Notes under the pieces: model-generated
Databases searched by the model: none
Told to the model about the DNA's origin: nothing
What the model saw: only the letters and a program-made list of their open reading frames with translations
Translations under genes and position numbers: made by a program
Part shown: positions 41,279 through 51,572 of the stretch, in pieces
Numbering within the stretch: position 1 is the stretch's first letter
Layout: every line of letters starts with the position of its first letter
NCBI GenBank assembly: GCA_963820855.1
Contig: CAWGBY010000012.1
Span: 67,963 to 131,962, forward strand
Length of the DNA stretch: 64,000 bases
Reading direction: 5' to 3'
Origin: an uncultured Acidobacteriota bacterium
GTDB lineage: Bacteria > Acidobacteriota > Vicinamibacteria > Marinacidobacterales > SMYC01

Positions 41279-42217
41279 TCATTCCTCAGGAGGTACCACC
41301 CCCGTCTGCTCCGTGAGGATCCGGTAGTGCTCGATCCGCCGGTGTTTCTCGAAGTTGAAAATGTTCTCCTTGATGTCGCGGCCGACGTCGAGATCGCAGT
41401 CGTAGACCACGAGCTCGTCCCCCTCGGTCAGAGCCTGCGCGGCGATCTCGCCGGTGGGGGCGACGATCGCCGTACCCCCGATGAGACCGAAGCCGTCCTC
41501 CCGGCCCGCTTTCGCCGAAGCCACGACCCAGGTCCCGTTCTGATACGCCCCCGCCTGAAGAGACAGCAGGTGGTGGAACATCCTTCGATGCACCGGCTCT
41601 CGATGATAGATGTTGGTATCGGGCGTGTTGTAGCCGAGTACCACCAGCTCTACTCCCTTCAGGCCCATCACGCGGAAGGTCTCCGGCCAACGCCGATCGT
41701 TGCAGATGCACATCCCGATGATTCCCCCGAAGGCGCGCCAGACGGGAAACCCGAGATCCCCCACTTCGAAGTAGCGCTTCTCGAGGTGCTGAAAGGGCGC
41801 ATCGGGCCTTCGATCGGCGTGGCCGGGCAGGTGCACCTTGCGGTACTTTCCGACGACGGTCCCATCCGTTCCGACGAGGATCGAGGTATTGAATCGCCGC
41901 GCCTTCCCCGGCTCCTCCGCGAGCTCGGCGTAGCCGAGGTAGAAGCCGCAGCCGAGCCTTTTCGATTCTTCGAAGAGCGGCGCCACGGCTTCGTTGGGCA
42001 TGGACCGTTCGAAGTAAGCGTCGACCTCGGTCCAATCCTCCATGTAGTACCGGGGGAAGAACGTGGTGAGCGCGAGCTCGGGAAAGACTACGAGCTTTAC
42101 TCCGGCGCCGCTCGCCTCGCGGAGAAGCGCGACCATGCGTCCCACCGCGGATTCTCGAGAGTCGGCGCGATGGATCGGACCGAGTTGCGCCGCGGCGACT
42201 TTGAGTCGGCGAGCCAT
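41279..42217 (-). CDS. Carbon-nitrogen hydrolase, N-carbamoyl-D-amino-acid hydrolase-like
   Basis: AGGAGG lies 7 nt before ATG 42217. MARRLKVAAAQLGPI..VVFPELALTTFFPR..YRKVHLPG..MCICNDRRWPE.. gives the nitrilase-superfamily Glu-Lys-Cys triad context. Confidence 0.8.
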   Translation of the reverse strand: MARRLKVAAAQLGPIHRADSRESAVGRMVALLREASGAGVKLVVFPELALTTFFPRYYMEDWTEVDAYFERSMPNEAVAPLFEESKRLGCGFYLGYAELAEEPGKARRFNTSILVGTDGTVVGKYRKVHLPGHADRRPDAPFQHLEKRYFEVGDLGFPVWRAFGGIIGMCICNDRRWPETFRVMGLKGVELVVLGYNTPDTNIYHREPVHRRMFHHLLSLQAGAYQNGTWVVASAKAGREDGFGLIGGTAIVAPTGEIAAQALTEGDELVVYDCDLDVGRDIKENIFNFEKHRRIEHYRILTEQTGVVPPEE

Positions 42218-42252
42218 GTGACCTCCTGCGCGAGTTCGCATAGTCTACGCGC

Positions 42253-43833
42253 GTGTTGCCTCGAGGAGAAGCTTCAGAGCCGAAGGAGCCGCGCCACCCG
42301 TCGATCTTCGAGCCCACGAGCCTCTTCCTCGGAATCCTCTTCGCGATCCTGGGAACGATCATCGGGCTCGAGCTTCTGACCCGGCTCGGAGTCGCGCCGA
42401 ACAGCTCCATCATCGGCGTCATCGCCACGATTGCTCTCTCGCGGATTCCGCTCGCGCCGCTCCGCCGTTTTCGCGACCTCGCGCGGCAGAACCTCGCGGC
42501 GACGCTCATCTCCGGAGCCACGTACGGAGGCGCCAACGGCATCCTCCTTCCTTCCGGAGTCCTCTGGCTCATGGGGCGCCGCGATTTGGTCCCGGTCATG
42601 ATGGCCGGCGCCATCGCCGGAGTCCTGATCGGCGCGATGCTCATGTATCGCCTCTTCGATTCCAGGCTCTTTCCCGCGGATGCCGTGTGGCCCTCGGGAG
42701 TCGCGACCGCCGAATGCATGATCGCGGGCGATCGCGGCGGCAGACACGCGCTCCTTCTCGGCGCGGGAGGCGCTCTCGGATGCGCCGGCATCCTTCTCGG
42801 GATACCGATGGACGTTTTCGGAATCTGCTGGATTGGCAACATCTGGGCGCTTTTCATGTTCGGCCTGGGCCTCCTCGCTCGCGGCTATGCGCAGCCGCTC
42901 TCGGGCGTGGACATCCAGGCGGCGTATCTTCCCCATGGATTCATGATCGGGGCAGGCATCGTGGCGCTCGTTCAAATCGGGCGGTCCCTGCGGAGGCGAT
43001 CGACGGCACTGGTGACCTCGTCGCTCGAGGCCCGAACGGGAACGACGCTTCTTTGGGCGCTCGGCGTCCAGATGGCGGTCATGCTTCTCATGGCGATCGT
43101 GGCGGGCGTCGCGACCGAGATGCCGCCTTTGATGCTCTTCGGTTTCGTGGTTTTCGCCGCCGTCTCCGCTCTCGCCGCGGCGATCCTCTCCGGGATCGCA
43201 GCCATGCACTCGGGATGGTTTCCCGCGTTCGCGACGGCCCTGATCTGTCTACTGGTGGGGATGGTTCTCGGATTCCCCCCCGTGCCTCTCGCGTTTCTGG
43301 TGGGCTTCGCCGCGTCGATCTCTCCGGCGTTCGCGGACATGGGATACGACCTGAAGGCGGGCTGGATCCTTCGAGGGCGCGGAGGCGATCCACGTCTCGA
43401 AGGCGCGGGCAGGCGCGCGCAACTCGACGCGGAGCTCCTCGGCATCGGCGTCGCCGCCGTGGTGGTGCTGCTTTTTCACGCGAGTTATTTCGAGCGGGAC
43501 ATGTTCCCCCCTTATGACCGCGTCGCCGCCGCGACCATCGCCGCCGGGGCAAGCCCTTCTCTCGCGAAGGCGCTCGCCCTCTGGGCGATTCCGGGCGCCT
43601 TCCTGCAGGCGTTGGGAGGGCCGGCGCGCCAGCTCGGGGTCCTTCTCGCCACCGGCCTTCTCATCGATTTTCCCGCCGCGGGTCTGACCGCCATGGTCTC
43701 TCTCGCCATCCGCTTTTTTCTCAACCGGCGCTACGGCGCGAGAGCGCAGACGCCGATCTATATCCTCGCCGGCGGATTCATCGCCGGGAGCGCTCTCACG
43801 AGCTTCGGAGCGGCGACGCTGAAGCTCAAATAG
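42253..43833 (+). CDS. OPT (oligopeptide transporter) family membrane protein
   Basis: Intact 526-aa polytopic ORF with a GTG start: ..[43 protein letters not shown]... The family call comes from recalled similarity. Confidence 0.6.
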   Translation: MLPRGEASEPKEPRHPSIFEPTSLFLGILFAILGTIIGLELLTRLGVAPNSSIIGVIATIALSRIPLAPLRRFRDLARQNLAATLISGATYGGANGILLPSGVLWLMGRRDLVPVMMAGAIAGVLIGAMLMYRLFDSRLFPADAVWPSGVATAECMIAGDRGGRHALLLGAGGALGCAGILLGIPMDVFGICWIGNIWALFMFGLGLLARGYAQPLSGVDIQAAYLPHGFMIGAGIVALVQIGRSLRRRSTALVTSSLEARTGTTLLWALGVQMAVMLLMAIVAGVATEMPPLMLFGFVVFAAVSALAAAILSGIAAMHSGWFPAFATALICLLVGMVLGFPPVPLAFLVGFAASISPAFADMGYDLKAGWILRGRGGDPRLEGAGRRAQLDAELLGIGVAAVVVLLFHASYFERDMFPPYDRVAAATIAAGASPSLAKALALWAIPGAFLQALGGPARQLGVLLATGLLIDFPAAGLTAMVSLAIRFFLNRRYGARAQTPIYILAGGFIAGSALTSFGAATLKLK

Positions 43834-43864
43834 GGGCGCTCGGGATATCATTCGCCTCGCGAAT

Positions 43865-45082
43865 ATGGAGCCCGCGTTTCAAAACCCCGACTTTCTCTGG
43901 CGAAACCCCACTCCGAAGTCCGCCTATGACGTGGTCATCGTGGGAGGAGGACTCCACGGACTCGCTACCGCGTACTACCTCGCGCGGAACCACCGCGTAA
44001 AGAACATCGCGGTCCTCGAGCGCGGATGGCTCGGCAATGGCAACGCGGTGCGGAACACCACCATCATTCGGTCGAACTATCTGCGCGAGGAGAGCATGCC
44101 GCTCTACGAGCACTCCTTGAAGCTCTGGGAGTCGCTCTCGGCCGAGCTCGACTACGACGTCCTCTTCGACTCGCGCGGCGTCCTCGCGCTGGCCCATACC
44201 ACGGCCGAGGCGGCTTCGGCCCGGCGCACCGTGTACGCGAACCGTCTGTTCGGGATCGACGCGGAATGGCTCGAGCCGAGGGAGGTGAAGGAGTTCTGTC
44301 CGATCCTCAATATCTCTTCGGATGTGCGGTATCCGGTGGTCGGAGCTTCGCTTCAGAGGCGCGGCGGCATCGCCCGACACGACCTCGTGATGTTCGCATT
44401 CGCCAGAGCCGCGAGCACGCTCGGGGTCGATCTTCTTCAGGGCCTCGAAGTGGTGGGCTTCGACATCTCGAACGACCGCGTTCGAGGCGTTCAGCACCTC
44501 GAACGGAACCATCGCCGCCGGAAAAGTCGCTCTCGTCGGCGCGGGCAGGTCGCCGCTGCTCGCACGGATGGCGGGATTCGATCTTCCCATCCAGAGCACG
44601 CCGCTCCAGGCTCTCGTGTCGGACGGCCTCGAGCCGATTCTCGAACTGCGTCGTCATGTCGGGCCTCCTCCACGTGTACGTGAGCCAGGCCCGAAACGGC
44701 GGCCTGGTGGTCGGCGCCGCGCGCGACAACTATGTTTCCTACGCGCAGCGCGGCTCGTTTCAGATCCTCGAGTGGCAAATCCAGGCGGCGCTCGAGCTCT
44801 ATCCCATCATGAGACGCGCTCACATGCTCCGCACCTGGGCGGGCATCGTCGACGTGAGCCCGGACGCGTCGCCCATCATCGGCCTGACACCGGTCGAGAA
44901 CCTGTTCGTCAACTGCGGCTGGGGAACGGGAGGCTTCAAAGCAACGCCGGTTTCCGGCTGGGTCTATGCCCACACCATCGCGCGCGGCGACTCCTCACGA
45001 GCTCAACGCCGCGTTCAACCTGGAGCGTTTCGAGACGGGTATGCTCATCGACGAGCACGGCGCCGCCGCGGTCGCGCACTGA
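43865..45082 (+). CDS. soxB: Sarcosine oxidase beta subunit (FAD-dependent); three frame breaks
   Basis: ..[52 protein letters not shown].. | ..[44 protein letters not shown] | ..[46 protein letters not shown] | ..[28 protein letters not shown]. Breaks are at ~44490, ~44640 and ~44990. Confidence 0.85.
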
Positions 45083-45084
45083 CC

Positions 45085-45351
45085 ATGCTCCTCCTCCATT
45101 GCCCTTACTGCGGGCCTCGTGAGGAGACCGAGTTCCGCTACGGCGGCGAAGGGGTTCTCATCCCGCTCGACGCGGACGAACGCGCATGGGCCCGTTTTCT
45201 CTACTACCGCGCCTCCCCCGCCGGCCTTTTCACCGAGCGCTGGGTCCATACCCACGGGTGCCGGCAGTGGTTTCAAGTGGTTCGCGACACCCTCACCCAC
45301 GAGATCACGGCGACCTGTCGCCTCGATGAGACTCCCGGAGAGTCGACGTGA
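45085..45351 (+). CDS. soxD: Sarcosine oxidase delta subunit
   Basis: 88 aa: [49 protein letters not shown]. This is the zinc-ribbon delta-subunit signature. It lies between soxB and soxA. Confidence 0.85.
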   Translation: MLLLHCPYCGPREETEFRYGGEGVLIPLDADERAWARFLYYRASPAGLFTERWVHTHGCRQWFQVVRDTLTHEITATCRLDETPGEST

Positions 45352-48178
45352 GACGCCTCGCCCAGGGTGGACGAATTCGACGCGACCGTCCGCTTCACTT
45401 TTCCTGGGACGGCCGCGCGCTCGTCGGATTCGAAGGAGACACACTCGCCTCCGCGCTCCTGGGCGCCGGTATCGACGTCATCGGCTCGAGCGCGGCGCAT
45501 CTCAGGCCGCGGGGCATCACGAGCGCTGGTCTCGAGGAAGCGGCCGGATTCGCGCAGATCCGATCGGGTGCGGCGACTGAGCCCCTGGTGCGCACGACCG
45601 GAGTGACACTTCACGAGGGCCTCGCAGCGGAGAGCCGGAACGCCAGAGGGATCGTCGCGGGCGAGGTGGATGACGCGCGGTTCGACAAGAGGTACGCCCA
45701 CTGCGACGTCCTCGTGGTCGGGGCGGGACCCGCAGGCCTCGCCGCCGGCGTCGTGGCCTCGCTCGCGGGCGCGCGCGTCATCGTGGTCGAGGCCGATGAC
45801 GAAGCGGGAGGCGCGCTCCTCCGTGACGTCGAGGAGATCGACGGAGCGCCCGCCCTCGGTTGGGTCGAAGGAGCGCTGGAAACGCTGGCGGCGGCGCCGG
45901 AAACCCGCGTCCTGACGTCGGCAACGGCCTCGGTGATGCTGGACGGCAACGGGGTTCTCGTCGCCGAGCGCATCGCGTGCCGGCTCGCTCCGGGTGAGAG
46001 AAGAGGTCTTGCGGAGCAGCGGCTCTGGCATATACGCGCTCGCGCGATCGTTCTCGCGACCGGCGTTCTCGAGCGTCCCCTCGTGTTTCCGGACAACGAT
46101 CGGCCGGGGGTCATGCTCGCGTCCGGCGCGCGCTCCTATCTACATCGCCATGCGCTCGCGCCGAATCGTGGCCTCGTCTTCACGACTCATGACGACGGTT
46201 ACCGCACCGCGCTCGATTGGCTCGAGGCCGGAGTGGACGTGGCGGGAATCGTCGATCCTCGCCCTCAGCGGACGAGGAGAGCTCCCGGCGAGAGCCGTGA
46301 GCGCGGGGATTCGCCGGTTCGACGAGGCGGTGGTCGACGCGACGTTCGGAGACGACGCGGGCCGGCTTCGAGCCGTGCGCGTGCGAACGCCGCTGGGCGT
46401 CGAGACCATCGACGCGGACATGCTCGCGATCTCCGGCGGCTACGAACCGGCGCTGAGCCTCCACTTGCAGCGGAAAGGTCCGACGCGATACGACGAGAAG
46501 CTCGGCGCGCCCGTCCCCGCTTCGAACCTTCCCGGCCAGTGGATCGCCGGCGCGGCGGGCGGGCTCATGGCTCTTCCCGACTGCCTTTCGGACGGCGCGC
46601 GAGCCGCTCGGGAAGCGCTCGCGGAAGCCGGGTTCGATTCGCCTTCGTGGAGCATCCCGCGATCTTCGAAGATCGAGGAGGATCCGCCGGCGCTTCTCTG
46701 GCACGTGCCGGCGCCGGACGGCGACGAGTCGCGTTCGTTCGTCGACCTGTTTCGCGACGTCACCGCATCCGGCGTCGCGCGCGCGGTCGGAGCCGGAATC
46801 CGCCACGTCGAGCACGTGAAGCGGTACACGCTCATCGGGACCGGAGTCGAGCAAGGCCGAAGCGCGAGGACCAACGCCTCAGCGCTGACGGCCACGATGA
46901 CCGAGCGGCCCCTCGCGGACATCGGAACGACGGGGAGCCGGCCGCCCCTCGAGCCGCTCTCCTTCCATCTGATTGCGGGTCGAGCCAAGGGAGAGCGCTT
47001 CGAGCCGGTGCGGACCACGGCGATTCACGCCGCGCACGTGGCGCTCGGTGCGATCTTCGAGCCCTCCGGCCAGTGGCTCCGGCCCAACCACTACCCGCGC
47101 GCCGGCGAATCGATGCGCGACGCGGTGGCGCGGGAGTGCCGGGCTGCTCGAACGGCCGTCGCCATGATGGACGTCTCGACGCTCGGCAAGATCGACGTCA
47201 GGGGAAAAGACGCGGCGTGGTTTCTCGACCAGCTGTACGTGAACTCGATCGCGACCATCCCCGTCGGCAAGGCCCGCTACAGCCTGATGTGCCGTCTCGA
47301 CGGCTCGGTGCTCGACGACGGCATCGTCATGCGGACGGGTGAGAATCGCTTCTTCGTGACGGCTTCGACCGGACACGCGGCCGCGGTCGTCGACTGGATG
47401 GAGGAATGGCTCCAGACCGAGTGGCCGCAGCGTCGCGTCTTCGTGACCTCGGTGACGGAGCAGTTCTCGACCGTGGCCCTCGTAGGCCCACGCTCGCGCG
47501 ACGTGCTGGCGGTTCTCGCGCCCGATCTGGATGCGTCGAAAGAGGGCTTCTCGTTTCTCTCCGTCCGAAGATCAATCGTCGCCGGAATCCCCGATGCGCA
47601 GGTCGCCCGGGTGAGCTTTTCGGGCGAGCTCGCGTACGAGATCAGCGTGCCCTGGGATCTCGGAGAGACGCTCTGGAGGCTCGATATCGGCGGCGGGACG
47701 GCCCTTCGGGATCACGCCCTATGGACTCGAAGCGCTCCAGGTGCTCCGGAGCGAGAAGGGTTACATCATCGTCGGGCAGGACACCGAGGCGACGACGACG
47801 CCGCAGGACGTGGGCCTTTCCTGGCTGGTCGCGAAAACGAAGGACTTCGTCGGAAAGCGCTCGTTCGCCCGGCCCGCCCTCCGAGCGCCGGATCGGCCGC
47901 AGCTCGTCGGTTTTCTCCCGGAGGATCCGAACGAGGTGCTTCCGGAGGGCGCGTGCCTCGTGTCCCAGGTCTCGCCTCCCCCGATGGTCATCCAGGGTCA
48001 TGTGAGCACGAGCCATTGGAGTGAAGCGCTCGGCCGATCGTTCGGACTCGCCATGGTGAAGGGTGGGCGCGCCCGGCACGGCGAGAAGCTCTATTCCTGC
48101 CTCGAGAGCCGGGTGGTTCCGATCACCCTCGTCGACCCCGTGCAGTACGATCCGGAAGGAGCGCGCCGAGATGGGTGA
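45348..48178 (+). CDS. soxA: Sarcosine oxidase alpha subunit; two frame breaks
   Basis: ..[30 protein letters not shown].. | ..[51 protein letters not shown].. | ..[25 protein letters not shown]... This is a GcvT-like C-terminal domain. Breaks are at ~46265 and ~47685. Confidence 0.85.
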
Positions 48179-48770
48179 GGGAGCTTCCGCCTTCTCGCTC
48201 GATGCGCTCGCTTCGCGTATGGCCCGTGCTTCGTGGAGCGGTGCGACGCTCGCGGCCGCGGGACCGCGGGCTCAGATCAACCTGCGCGCCCGAGGCGAGG
48301 CGGCGCGACAGGTCGCGTCGATCCTGCACGCGGATCTCGAAGCACCCAATCGCGTCGTCACGGCGTCCTCTGGCGAGTGCTACTGGCTCGGGCCAGAGGA
48401 GTGGCTATGGGTTGGCTCCGCCGCAGAGCGCGGTTCGCTCCTCGGCGCGCTCGAAGGAGCGATCGGGCCCGACGACGGAGCCGCTGTCGACGTGTCGGCG
48501 AGCCGCGTCGTCCTCGACCTGTCGGGTATCTCGGCGCGGGACGTCCTCGCGACCTGCTGCGCGCTCGATCTGCATCCGCGCGTCTTCGGGCCCGGACGTT
48601 GCGCGCAGACGCTCATCGCGAAGGCGCCGGTTCTGCTCCACCAGGTGGATTCCACTCCGACCTTCCGACTCCTCGTCCGTCCGTCACTCGTCTCCTATGT
48701 CGTCTCCTGGATCCTCGACGGCATGGACGGCGTTCGAGCGGAGACGGAACGGGAAGTCAGACGAACGTAG
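48171..48770 (+). CDS. soxG: Sarcosine oxidase gamma subunit
   Basis: ATG 48171 overlaps the soxA stop. The ~199-aa protein has the typical ..INLRA....VDVSASRVVLDLSGISARDVLATCCALDLHP..LIAKAPVLL.. pattern and the expected operon position. Confidence 0.7.
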   Translation: MGEGASAFSLDALASRMARASWSGATLAAAGPRAQINLRARGEAARQVASILHADLEAPNRVVTASSGECYWLGPEEWLWVGSAAERGSLLGALEGAIGPDDGAAVDVSASRVVLDLSGISARDVLATCCALDLHPRVFGPGRCAQTLIAKAPVLLHQVDSTPTFRLLVRPSLVSYVVSWILDGMDGVRAETEREVRRT

Positions 48771-48794
48771 CTCGCGAGCGGCGGGAGCTGTTTC

Positions 48795-48829
48795 GAAGAA
48801 AAATGCGCGCCCCCTTTCGAGGGCGCGCA
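48795..48829 (-). terminator. Rho-independent terminator for the PEP-CTERM gene (minus strand)
   Basis: 9-bp GC stem TGCGCGCCC (48804-48812) / GGGCGCGCA (48821-48829) with an 8-nt loop. On the minus strand it is followed by TTTTTCTTC (complement of 48795-48803). Confidence 0.7.
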
Positions 48830-48861
48830 CCGATCGCTGGCGTTGCGATTCAGCTGCTTGA

Positions 48862-48892
48862 TATCGGGCTTATCGGGCTTATCGGCTATCGG
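48862..48892. repeat. Short tandem repeat (TATCGGGCT x ~3) overlapping the stop codon of the PEP-CTERM gene
   Basis: TATCGGGCT (48862-70), TATCGGGCT (48871-79), TATCGGCT (48880-87), ATCGG (48888-92). Confidence 0.8.
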
Positions 48893-49821
48893 AATGTCCG
48901 GCGACGGCGCACCAGAAGAGCGGCTCCTCCCAGAATCCATAGCGAAAGCGTTCCGGGCTCGGGAGCGCCCCCGGGAATATCCGTGATATCGGGAACGCCA
49001 CCGAGCGTCGTGACGATCGTCGCCGAAGTCCCGGTAGAGTTCACATCCCAGGCCATGACCGAGACGATGTCACGCGGACCCCACGAGCCCCCGAGCTGGG
49101 GATGGTTCATAAAGGGAAGTGAGGCGGAGATGATGCCCGCGAGAGCGACGTTTTGCGTTCCGGCGTCGATAGCCGGGCGCATCGAGTCGAAAACACCGGC
49201 GGCCCATCCCGCGAAGACGGCGTTGTCGAGGCCCTGAGTCGCGTCGAGAGCTCCGGAGTGGCTCACGCCGTAGACTTCGGTATCGTCGATTGTGAAGAGC
49301 TCCAGATCGAGCCCCGAGACCGAGCCGCGCGTGAGGAACACGTCGTCCGAAACGCCCTCGATATCCTCATCCAGGTACTGGAAGAACCTGAGATCCCCAA
49401 GAGTTCCCTGACTGGCATCGAAGGTGAAGACGCTCTCGAAGATCGAGCTTCCCGGATCGATGGAGCTGGACACGTTCCAATTGATTGTGTTGCCTCCCGA
49501 GCCGACGAACGCGCCCGAGCTCGTGACCGAGCCGTCGGCGTTCAGTTGGGCCGCGCTTCCGCTCAGGCGGACGCCTCCTCCGCCGACGTCGACGTACGAG
49601 AAGTAGTCGAAGAGGACTTGTTCCGTGACGACGTCTCCGGATGCGAAGCGGTTCGCGGTCAAGCTTGCACTCCGGGACTCGCCGCCGGTCTGGACGTCCA
49701 CCGACCAGTGGCCGAGAGTGCCGAACGGGACGCCGTTCCCGATGGGAGTGCCAGAAGCGGAGGACGCCCACAAGGCCAGTCCAATCACCAGCGCAACCCA
49801 GACGCCGTTGGGATTCTTCAT
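48886..49821 (-). CDS. PEP-CTERM-anchored secreted protein of unknown function
   Basis: GGGAGG precedes ATG 49821. Signal peptide MKNPNGVWVALVIGLALWASSASG. C-terminal sorting signal ..GGAPEPGTLSLWILGGAALLVRRRR (PEP motif + TM + Arg cluster). Confidence 0.8.
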   Translation of the reverse strand: MKNPNGVWVALVIGLALWASSASGTPIGNGVPFGTLGHWSVDVQTGGESRSASLTANRFASGDVVTEQVLFDYFSYVDVGGGGVRLSGSAAQLNADGSVTSSGAFVGSGGNTINWNVSSSIDPGSSIFESVFTFDASQGTLGDLRFFQYLDEDIEGVSDDVFLTRGSVSGLDLELFTIDDTEVYGVSHSGALDATQGLDNAVFAGWAAGVFDSMRPAIDAGTQNVALAGIISASLPFMNHPQLGGSWGPRDIVSVMAWDVNSTGTSATIVTTLGGVPDITDIPGGAPEPGTLSLWILGGAALLVRRRRTFR

Positions 49822-50034
49822 TCGAAGCTCGCCTCCCGGTGTACTCCGACGACTTCGCAGCAAAACCAGTGCCATCGGTCGCAATCGCATACAAGTAATA
49901 GTAAATATTGATGTTATCGGACAGCCGGGCACGTGCGATTCGTGCGCGGATCGTCGACAAACCCGACACCTTAGACAGGATCCATTGGCGTCAACTGTCA
50001 CATACACATAGCCTTAGCGGGACCCCTCCAGGCC

Positions 50035-50087
50035 TCTTGAAACTGTAAGAATTTCGGACGATCGCACCTGCGACAATTCTTGAAACT
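50035..50087. promoter_or_regulatory. Direct repeat TCTTGAAACT x2 (43-bp spacing) plus a 7-bp inverted repeat in an AT-rich divergent intergenic region
   Basis: TCTTGAAACT occurs at 50035-50044 and 50078-50087. AAGAATT (50048-54) and AATTCTT (50076-82) form an inverted pair. The site lies between the divergent PEP-CTERM and amidohydrolase genes, and each repeat contains a TTGAAA -35-like hexamer. Confidence 0.3.
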
Positions 50088-50177
50088 CAACACTCTATAG
50101 AAGATATGGATATACTCTGGGGCCGCCGGATCCCGGATCGTGACGAAAGACGAGCGCCTTGGCTGCCGAATGTTGGG

Positions 50178-51572
50178 ATGAAGCTCGCGATGCTTTTTCT
50201 CGCGAGCGGCGCTCTCGCCCAGGCGAAAAATGCGCCGGTTGTTTTCGTCGGCGTCAACGTGGTCCCGATGGACGAAGAACGGGTTCTCTCGGACCAGACC
50301 GTCGTGGTTCGGGATGGGCTCGTCGCCGCTCTCGGGACGAGCGCGACGGTGCCATTGCCAGAGGACGCGGTCCGGGTCGACGGCCGCGGACTCTACCTGC
50401 TGCCCGGCCTCGCCGACATGCACGCCCACCTCTCGGGCTACGTGACGGATGCCGCGAGCGACAAGGACGGAATCGCGCGCTCCGAGATGCTCTTGTACGT
50501 CGCGACCGGCGTGACGCTCGTCCGCAACATGGTCGGGAGCGAGAGCCACCTCGACTACCGCCGCCGCGTCGCGTCCGGCGAGCTCGTGGGACCGCGCATC
50601 TTCACCGCCACGAACACCGTCGACGGGCCGAAACCGGTCTGGCCCACTTCGATCAAGATGTCCGACCCGGCGGAAGCGGACGCGCTGGTGAAAGGCTTCG
50701 TCGAAGCCGGCTACGATCAGATCAAGATCTACAACGAGCTTCCGCGAGACGTTTATGCCGCGCTCTTCGACGCCGCCTCGCGGCGCGGAATTCGCGTCGT
50801 CGGACATGTTCCCTTCTCCGTCGGCATCGATGCCGCGCTCGCGGCGGGCCAGTACTCGATCGAGCACCAACGCGGCTACGACTACGATTCCGTGCGGCCA
50901 CAAGCTCTCGCGCTGAACGGCGGACGAAACGCGGAGCGGTTCAGCTCCTGGCAGCGGATGAGCGATGATCGGATGCGCGACCTCGTTCGAAAAACGGTCG
51001 CCGCGGGCACCTGGAATTGCCCGACCTTCGTGGTCGACGACATGCTGTCGGATTCCGACGCGCGCGTCGCCTTTCGCCGCCAGGATTTGATTCGCTTCGT
51101 CCACCCGGCGGTGAGAGCGACCATCGTCGAAAGCGATCTCGACGCGATGTTTCCCGAGGACGCGAACGAGGCGCTCCGCCAGAGTTTTCCTCAGAAGTAC
51201 AAGCTCCTGAAGATGCTGAGCGACGCGGGCGCGGGACTTCTGGTGGGTACCGACACCATGGTGCCGTACCTGGTGCCCGGCTACACGCCCATCGATGAGA
51301 TGGAGCACTTCGTGAAAGCGGGCTTGACCCCGTATCAAGCGCTGCGCGCGGCGACCAGCGAGCCGGCCCGCTTCCTGAATATCGATGCGCAGAGCGGAAC
51401 CATCGCCGTTGGAAAACGAGCCGACCTGCTCCTCGTCGAGGCGAATCCCCTCGAAGACCTGAAGAACCTCTGGCGCCGCGTGGGAGTGGTCCTGAACGGC
51501 CGATGGCTTCCTCGAGCGGAGCTCGACTCGATGCTCGAACGGATGGCTGCCACCTACCCGCCGAGCCCATGA
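50178..51572 (+). CDS. Secreted amidohydrolase family protein (paralogous in type to 6482..8065)
   Basis: The likely start is ATG 50178 (MKLAMLFLASGALAQA signal). LPGLADMHAHL metal motif. C-terminal ..GTIAVGKRADLLLVEANPLEDL... Confidence 0.8.
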   Translation: MKLAMLFLASGALAQAKNAPVVFVGVNVVPMDEERVLSDQTVVVRDGLVAALGTSATVPLPEDAVRVDGRGLYLLPGLADMHAHLSGYVTDAASDKDGIARSEMLLYVATGVTLVRNMVGSESHLDYRRRVASGELVGPRIFTATNTVDGPKPVWPTSIKMSDPAEADALVKGFVEAGYDQIKIYNELPRDVYAALFDAASRRGIRVVGHVPFSVGIDAALAAGQYSIEHQRGYDYDSVRPQALALNGGRNAERFSSWQRMSDDRMRDLVRKTVAAGTWNCPTFVVDDMLSDSDARVAFRRQDLIRFVHPAVRATIVESDLDAMFPEDANEALRQSFPQKYKLLKMLSDAGAGLLVGTDTMVPYLVPGYTPIDEMEHFVKAGLTPYQALRAATSEPARFLNIDAQSGTIAVGKRADLLLVEANPLEDLKNLWRRVGVVLNGRWLPRAELDSMLERMAATYPPSP

